Source: Azolla caroliniana | Lineage: Eukaryota > Plantae > Polypodiophyta | Reading direction: 5' to 3' | Assembly (NCBI GenBank): GCA_043228905.1 | Contig: JBHGNT010000021.1 | Span: 5,890,001 to 5,954,000 of the forward strand | Length of the DNA: 64,000 bases | Part shown: piece after piece, positions 56,201-64,000 of the stretch | Layout: each line of letters begins with the position of its first letter | How positions within the stretch are numbered: the first letter of the stretch is position 1 | The notes under the pieces: model-generated | What the model was told of the DNA's origin: nothing | The model's input: the letters and a program-made list of their open reading frames with translations, nothing else | Databases searched by the model: none | Translations under genes and position numbers: made by a program

Positions 56201-57299
56201 CATGCAATGGATCATCATGACATATAAGCGGGATTAATTGCAAATCCTTGTCAATAACATCTTCGAAAAATTTAGCAAAATATTGACCATCACCCTCACC
56301 TTCTAGATGATTTTATTCCTTCTCCGTATTCGGAATAGAAAGCGATATAAAATTATTGCCCGTAGGCAACCATTTCTTTTGCATAGAATCCACACTTGTA
56401 GAACTATGTTTACCTCTAAGTTCTCCCCTTTACCCAACATGCATATTGTTTTACATATCCATTAGTATGGTAGATTGTAAAACACACACAATTTCACACT
56501 ATGGTTTATCACGGGCTCTTGGTTTGGGCACGAATGTTGTACAATTGAATATGGTTAACAACAAGAAGGGACAAAGCCATGAGGAGCATCCCCCTTCGAA
56601 AAAAGTTGGGAAGAGAGAGACAAATGCATGCAACTTCTTGATTAATGATAAATCATTCCCTTCATCATGCTACAATGGGAAGTTTTTAAATATAGCCATT
56701 GTGATCTAATTCCTGTGAACTTGTTAGGTTCATTCATTGTCCTCGTGCCCTTTCATGTTTCATTGATAGTCTTCACACACATGTGAATTGTCTTCATCTA
56801 ATTTAATTTTCTATTTTACCACCTATAACAACATATAATATACATTTTATACTATCTTTAAAGGTGTAGAAAGAGATTATTGTCAAGGTCGTAATCCTCC
56901 ATAAGACTCAACAAGATGTTTCATTTATCTTAAGGCAAGATTTACTTTTGAGCAATCATGTTAACGAGAGAGAACATTTCTAGAAACAAAAGTTCTAGTA
57001 CCCACTTAGTATTAATAAACACATTTACATTGCTAATTATCCTTTTACCTAGGGAACAATATGCCCTTTTTTCAAAATTCCCTTGGAGATAGAGATATTC
57101 ATACTTTTCCATGCTTGAAAGCCCATAAACATGAACAATGGAACTCACAAAGAAAATTACAAACAAGTCTCATTGGTTGATGTAGAGGATTTAAATAAAT
57201 GTGATTCATGTATTTCCCTAAGATCACTTATATGCTTGTGTACAGAGAACATATATGTTACCGAGGAGACTGAGCTTAGTGTGCCCAAGCGGAAGAAAT

Positions 57300-59450
57300 T
57301 GTCCATGTTTGGTGCATGTGATGATTGATTGTGGGAAACATCTGTCAAATGGGTATGAAAGTTGATAGATGATCCTCATACTCAAACCTTAATCAAGGCA
57401 AAGTGTGTGGATGCAATTTTCTCTCCATATGCCTCTCAAAGCTCCCTTATTCATTCCAAGAACATGACTATATGTGCAACCTTCCAACCCATCCAGGAAC
57501 ATTTGTGGTTTGATGCTTCTTAAATGACACATTGTTGGTTGTCAAGGGTGTCTCACCTAATGGATGTGTTTCTTATTTTATGGTTCTTGACAATAGTAGA
57601 TTGCAACCTTATGCCTTTGATTGCAGTTATCTACAACACTTGCGAAATGCACTTGTCAGAGTGATTGCTAGAACTAGGAATAAATGGTTGCTTGATCCTT
57701 ATCATTCCATGTTAGGGTTTTGTCCCTCCTAAAGGGAGAAGTTGGCAGTCGAATTGGAGGAATCGATAAGCTGAATTCAGGATGGTCGATTGGATCGACC
57801 AACGAGTTGACTTGGTAGTCGACTGATTAGAGGAATAATCCAATTAAAGGAAATGGAGAGTCGATTGTATTGGATGGATGATCCAAGTGAAAGACTAGGC
57901 TGACTAGTCGGGTTGACCTGATGGTGGAAGACTAGACTGACCTGATGGTGGAAGACTAGGCCGACCTGATGGTCAATGACAAACTCCGCTAGTTGAACTA
58001 ACTGGATAACCGACATAGGAGTCGAAGTCTAGTTAAATCGACTGACTGTTGACTTGTGGGTCGGACGGTTGAGTCGACCAGTTGGCCGATTAATTACTAC
58101 TATTATTATAATATAATAATAGGTTATTTCTTTTATATATATATATATATATATAAGTGGAGCTAGGACAAAACTAGAGTGTAGAAAAGAATAGTGCAAT
58201 ATAGTAGTGTTATAGAACAAAGGAAGGAGACAAGAGAGTGAGTGAGTGTAGGCATAGTTAGTGGAACTTGCCAAAACCCTAAGTGGGGATTCTCTGATCT
58301 TCAAAGATTTGTAATCTGTTTCTCTTGTACTTCTGTCTATAGTAAAAATATGTTGCCCTATAGTTTTCCCTGTTTTAGGGTTTCCATGTAAAAGTTGTGT
58401 ACTATGTATTTTGTTTCTGTTTTGTATATTGTGGTCTATCTTTCTCGTAAATCCCAAGTCCTAATCCAATCATTCCATCACTCACATGTGTGATATGTTG
58501 TGGTTGTGCGCAAAAGAACCCGTTGCAAGATTAATATGGGATCTAGGGGGTTGGTTTTGGTCACACTCCTTGGGGGAACAGAGCATAAAAGTTCCCTTCT
58601 TTCAGTACTCAATGAAACTTGGAAGGTCATTCCTGATGTCTCTGAATGTAACGATATCAACAACTTAGAAACATTGGACTAACTGGGATATCTCAACTTT
58701 GCATTTGAAAACCTATTGGAGATGGATTTGGTCATTCAAGGGGCTAACTAAATTTATTCTCTTTAGATGGTTATTAGTGCATATGGCATTACTTGTTGGT
58801 CATTCATTGAAAGGGAATGTGACACCCAAGTTTAGGCAATGTGGCTTTTGCCATGTTGCTCAGGAGACTACCAAGCATGTCCTCTAGTCTTTTCCTTTGG
58901 CTTAGCAAGTATGGAATAAAGTCCTTTCTTTATTTGTAACGATCAATGTCGGTTGCCAGTTTTCATGGGGATCAACGATTTGGGGAGTTTTACATTCTAG
59001 CTTGATTTTGTATGAGGCAAACAATGTTCACGAGGCCATGATGGTACATAATAGAAGGTTGATATTAGTTAGTTCCTTTCAACAACCTCGAAAGTAGATG
59101 CAATCTATCTAGGTTTGGGAAATAGTGACTATGGTAACATTATGGGCATTATGGAAATGTAGATATAACTGACTTTATGATGCAACAAATCTTCATCTCT
59201 TAGATGTACTGTTTGAGATATGGGAGAACTTGCTAGCAGTAGTCAGTGGTCAATATGACAATATGCATGGTTCTCCAGAGAATGTTAATAAGAGAAGGGA
59301 GAAGTTTCTTTACTTACGGAGAAAGTTGCCCTCTTCGCAATGTCAGGTCAAGAGCCTCAATTGAACTATCAACTTCCATGGATCCTTTCTTGAATATCAG
59401 TACACCATGGCAATATACATCAACAAATTCCAACACCCTTGACAAGTTCC
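57300..59450 (+). mobile_element. Decayed LINE 3' fragment (zf-RVT region), split by a solo LTR; boundaries approximate
   Basis: YWRWIWS...FRWLLVH.AL..CGFCHVAQETTKHVL and LWALWKCR, parallel to the C-terminus of the first LINE. Confidence 0.7.
57710..58472 (+). mobile_element. Solo LTR (763 bp), copia-like
   Basis: TG...CA, perfect TSD TTCCA (57705-57709 / 58473-58477); shares ttttccc..tttagggtttcca.gtaaa with the copia E LTR; short internal repeats. Confidence 0.85.
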
Positions 59451-61949
59451 TATATTTGGTCTTGGGATTATTGTACATAAACAGTTGGAAGCTTCTGGGC
59501 AGATAAATTCAAGTTGTAGCCTTTGAGTGTTTTTTTCTTAAAAAAAGAGAACATGATTATACGTGAAAATGCGGGTGTTTGACCATTTCATGCCAAATGG
59601 AAAGGGCTAGAGTGAGTAGATGTAATGTGCTATCACTAAACAACTCTAAACTCCATTCTCGATCTGAAGATGACAATTTTGAGTGCAACGGAGATTGTCT
59701 CTTCTTTTCACATTAAATGACGTAGGCTAGAGTATGTAGATGGTATACACTACTTAGGCATCGCCAAATTCCATTTTCACAATGCGGAAACAATATTAGA
59801 ATCGGTGACTTCCTAACAAGGATATGTGTAGTATTATTGCAAATTGTTCTTAGCATCCTCATCCCATTCTAGTTGTGGGTGCATCTTTAAGGCATGTTTC
59901 AATGTTTAACATGTATTGTCCTTGGGGCTTAGAAAGATATTTGAATGCTTCAGCATTTATATGATATCTAAATATCTATTCAATTGTTAGTTAATACTTA
60001 GAATCTATAGATAACAAGGATTGAATTAAAGAAAGTTAAGAAACATAGATATTTGATTGAATGTACCAATTAACAATGTCATATGAGATCTCTTTTCTAA
60101 ATTCTATATTAACACATACAACACATATAACATGGCAACTCTTAGAAGTATTATTAGCATCATGTACGATTAAGTTTTAAGCTAATAAGTAATTCATTCA
60201 TTCCACAAGTAAGTTGATGATATTGCGAGCCTATCATCAATATGTACCGTTAGTAATGTTGTCATATAACATCTCTTATATGATATGCATGTGTCAGATA
60301 TCGTGATCATATCGTAAATGTGTAAAGTCTCAACTTTCAAGTAGTGTAGCCATTTTCCATCTCTTCAACAATTTGTTTGTGTCGCGTGCTCCCTTTAGAA
60401 AAGAGGATTTTGCTTTTACTTTTGAACTTGCTACTAGCACCCTATGCAATATAGGGCCAAATATGATTTATAACTCATAAGTGACAATAATGAAGTGAAA
60501 GATGTATATGAACACATTAGTGAACATTTTGTTGGTTACAAGCGCCCATGCAAGGATAAGATTGAGTGGATGCTAAAAGAAAAAGAAGTGGTGCACAATA
60601 CACGAGGTTGGAGGTACTACTATTTTAATATGAAAAGGAGCTCAAAAAATGCCATCAAAATGAGCAAGAGAACTCATTGTCAAGTTCACAGTATTGGAGT
60701 TCATGTGATTAGGCTTCAATGTTAATTGAGATCACAAGGTATTGATTCACAAGGGTTCATGGGAAGGCTACAACAACAAAAGGCAGTGTGGATGTCCATG
60801 TAAACTCGTCAAGCCGAAACTCGAGGAATCTACCCCATGAAATCCATCCTTATCTTGATTTCTAAATCACACCACAGAAAGGGTTAATTAATGTAGAGGA
60901 CTCATCTACCTTAATCTACCTTATTGTGATTTTTATTCCTCAAGTTTTTTATAATCTACAAGAATTACACATGCCTTAGAATTTTAACATATTTGTATTT
61001 CGAAAGAATTATATATCATGATCTTGGTGATTTTGGATGAACAAGGATGTTGGCAAAATTTATAACTTGAAAAATTGAGCACATGGGGGGAAATTCAACC
61101 CATGTTGGTTACTTTTAGTGGGAGGCAAGATTTGGACCCAAACTTCCAAATGATCCATGGATCATTGACGAGCCATTTCTATGAAGACCACACAAAAAAA
61201 AATCAGACAAGAAATCCAAGTCTCAAAGAGGAAATGAAATTTCATTAATGGTGGGATTCAAACATGCAATACTAGATGTTGGGAATTCTGGTGTTCAACC
61301 AATCAGGCAATGTTCACATTTCAGCATCCCATGGGGGTGGGAAAAGAATAAACTTTGAAGGTCGAGGGACCATTGGGTAGCTAAATTACCCGAGAGAAAA
61401 AAACCTTTGAGTGATTGCAACATTACTCAAAGGCCTTCACTTGATCATGTATTCCTTTACTCTTCCGGTAAACGGTCATGTGGAGGCTTCCACAAAGACC
61501 CTCCTGGTGGAAACCTCCATATGAGCATAGGTTAAAGGAGGGAGGGATGACAGGCGCCGTTTTGTTGCTCAATGACGAACAATAGAGAAGAAATGAGGAG
61601 CAACTCGTCCGATGCTCCTCCATATTATGCAAGTTTGCAACTATCACTATAGTTGCAAGTTAGCATTGACAATCGACGCCCAACATTAAATGCAAATCTC
61701 AAAATACCACTCCATTTCCAATAAATATTATACAGACATACAAACAAAATTAGACATACCTTAATGCAAACACACATGTGCGCACACACGCACACACAAG
61801 CTTGTATTAATACCAATAACACGAAAAATGCACATAATTATTCACGCACAATCACAAGTATACACAAGGGCACACATACTCTTATTTTTTTCTTGAAAAG
61901 ATATCCATTCATTATTGTAAACAATTTACAAAGTTGTGATTCCTAAGTG

Positions 61950-62560
61950 ATCGACGATGGGAACAACCTACCTTGGTGGTTGAAAGTGCCAAAAAGGAGT
62001 CTCATTCTTCAAGGACATAACTAGAGTAGCTTTCCACAAAGTAAGAAATTGATGGAGTTGAGCAACTTTATTGTTAGAATCTCCAATAATACAATCCTAT
62101 TGACCCTTCAAAGTATGAACCATGTCCAACCAAATATTATTTACCAATTCAGTTGATGAGGATCTAATTTGATGAAAAATGACAGAGCACCAACCCTTCC
62201 AAATGTTATATGTAGTAGTACTAAATATCTCCCATAATTATTGCACCTCCTTCCTTATCCCTAAAATTTGCAAAGACACTAATTGAAGTACATGAACACG
62301 TACATAGTGTGAAAACCATGGTCCATAGATTCAACGTTGTAATGGAAAATAGAGTAGACAAGTGATGTCCAAACCACCATTCCTCATGTGAATGCCGATG
62401 GGGAAAAGTAGTTAGCAAATATTCTAAAGAGGCGTTTCCATACCAATTGAGATTCAATGCAGTCCCATAGACAATGTTTTTGAGTTAGTGAGCACAACTA
62501 GAGGATAAACCTATCTTATGCAGCCATGTAAAGTATTTTTCGTGACTAGTTTCTTGCCCA
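61950..62560 (-). mobile_element. Decayed LINE 3' fragment; boundaries approximate
   Basis: Minus-strand KHCLWDCIESQLVW, NIWKGWCSVIF, IWLDMVHTLKGQ and WHFQPP match the C-terminal blocks of the first LINE (KHALWTC, WNIWIDRC, IWSMLISILKGQ). Confidence 0.65.
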
Positions 62561-63009
62561 TAGGTTAACCTAGAACTTACCAAGAAACTTCAGAGTAATG
62601 CACACATACTTACGTATACCATGTACACATATTCTCATACACATAGTTACACAACAAACAATCATACATTCATGCACACACACTTGGGCTAAGTTTTACA
62701 ATCATTGAATCACAACCACTTAAACACGTACAAGCTCACGTGATTCACATACACATCCACATGATTTGGTGCACATATTCATCAAGTCAAACGTGTGTAG
62801 TCTAGTTGCTTCAATGATGGGATCTTAGCCAAGTTATCCTTATTAGTCTTTTGACTGCATCTGAGCATTCGTTTGCCCATTTAAATGCATCTTCCCCTTT
62901 CCGTGATACAAACGGTTCCACAATGTGAGCGAATGTGGGGTATCAACCAATAATACAGAAATTAGAGAGAGCGACACACAAACGCCTACAAATCTTCCCA
63001 ATTGCTCGT

Positions 63010-63018
63010 ACACACACA

Positions 63019-63052
<34 letters not shown>

Positions 63053-63270
63053 TGTTCCCAATTGTACATACATATATGCAAATGGTTGCAAGATGTGAGA
63101 GTGTTATCAACCAAGAATACATAAGAGAGAGAGAGAGGCGCGCGCACACACACATACACAAACGCCCAAGAATCTTGCTAATTGTGCATATATGCCTACA
63201 TAAACTTTTGCAATTGATACAAATAGCACCAAGATGCAAGTGAATGTGTGGTATCAACCAACAATATAGA

Positions 63271-63320
<50 letters not shown>
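63010..63320. repeat. Cluster of (CA)n and (AG)n microsatellites
   Basis: Direct reading; another (AG)n at 63670-63700. Confidence 0.9.
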
Positions 63321-63323
<3 letters not shown>

Positions 63324-63667
63324 AAGATATATTAACGTCTTCTAACGCCAAAATTGGTCCATGAGACAATTGGTTTACAACAAAAAATGGGATATTTACC
63401 CATTCATTGAAAGTAAAATAAAAATAGAGTTTTAAGCTAAATAGTTCTAGTAAAATAACAAACATGTTCTACAATGAAAATGATGTTATACTAGGCCTAA
63501 TTTCATTTCCATCCAAGTCTCTCGAAGAGAAACGAGAGGTCAAAGGGTTTCGATGTGGATGTGGCCCATGGCCCCAATGTAAAAGGTACCCCAACCATAG
63601 CTTCTAGTCGACGTAGCTCACGTTCCCTTATCTTCTTAATCCTTTCTACTCCGTGTCAACTTGTATG

Positions 63668-63701
<34 letters not shown>

Positions 63702-63702
<1 letters not shown>

Positions 63703-63915
63703 ATTATATGCAAAAGTCGATGCTCATTAGATGCACCGAGAGTGATTTGGTTGATCTTGGATGGTGTGGCCCAATATTGGATCAAGGCAATGTGTGTTAG
63801 CACTTAGGTTACCCTATTGGTGTTGATATCTCGTCTCAAAGTTTTATTGGATATTGCGGACCATTTTAGACAAATTTATGCATTGGAAGTCTCAAGCATG
63901 GCTGTTTAGTACTCG
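63702..63915 (+). mobile_element. Possible LINE RT C-terminal fragment
   Basis: HLGYPIGV and LDKFMHWKSQAW resemble the YLG.P region after LINE RT; short and interrupted. Confidence 0.45.
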
Positions 63916-64000
63916 TTGTCATAGACCCACCAAGTGCGGACTAGGACAGAGCACAGATGATGGGGTGACGAACGAAAGATGAACTTGGAGCTAGATGTGA

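Noticed and set aside
61250-61310. Degenerate tRNA-like A/B boxes on the minus strand
   Set aside because: Boxes imperfect and no stems; cannot be called a tRNA or SINE from this window.

Overview
Land-plant nuclear DNA, probably a fern or other seed-free plant (inferred from the long, highly repetitive PLS-PPR genes and the TE types). The first ~12 kb holds host genes: two convergent PLS/E-class PPR genes and a 4-exon class III peroxidase. From 13.8 to 56 kb is one nested retroelement stack whose junctions can be read from TSDs: LINE > copia-type solo LTR > Gypsy A > Gypsy B > copia-type solo LTR > Penelope-like element (PLE), with Gypsy C, Gypsy D and a young intact Ty1/copia as side branches. 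The best candidate for a new system is the PLE (34.26-39.16 kb). It is intact and interstitial, shows no recognisable endonuclease, joins ORF1 to RT by an A_AAA_AAC + long-hairpin -1 frameshift signal, carries a hammerhead ribozyme whose predicted cut site coincides with the element's 5' end, and is flanked by a 112-bp target duplication. Second, four tRNA-Trp-primed Gypsy elements share a GGAUUUU + covarying H-type pseudoknot signal between protease and RT, a D-H-G protease motif and CpG-centred 4-bp target sites; two of them carry tRNA-like A/B boxes in their LTRs. The last ~8 kb is decayed LINE fragments, a solo LTR and microsatellites. All counts were made by eye; no database search was possible.
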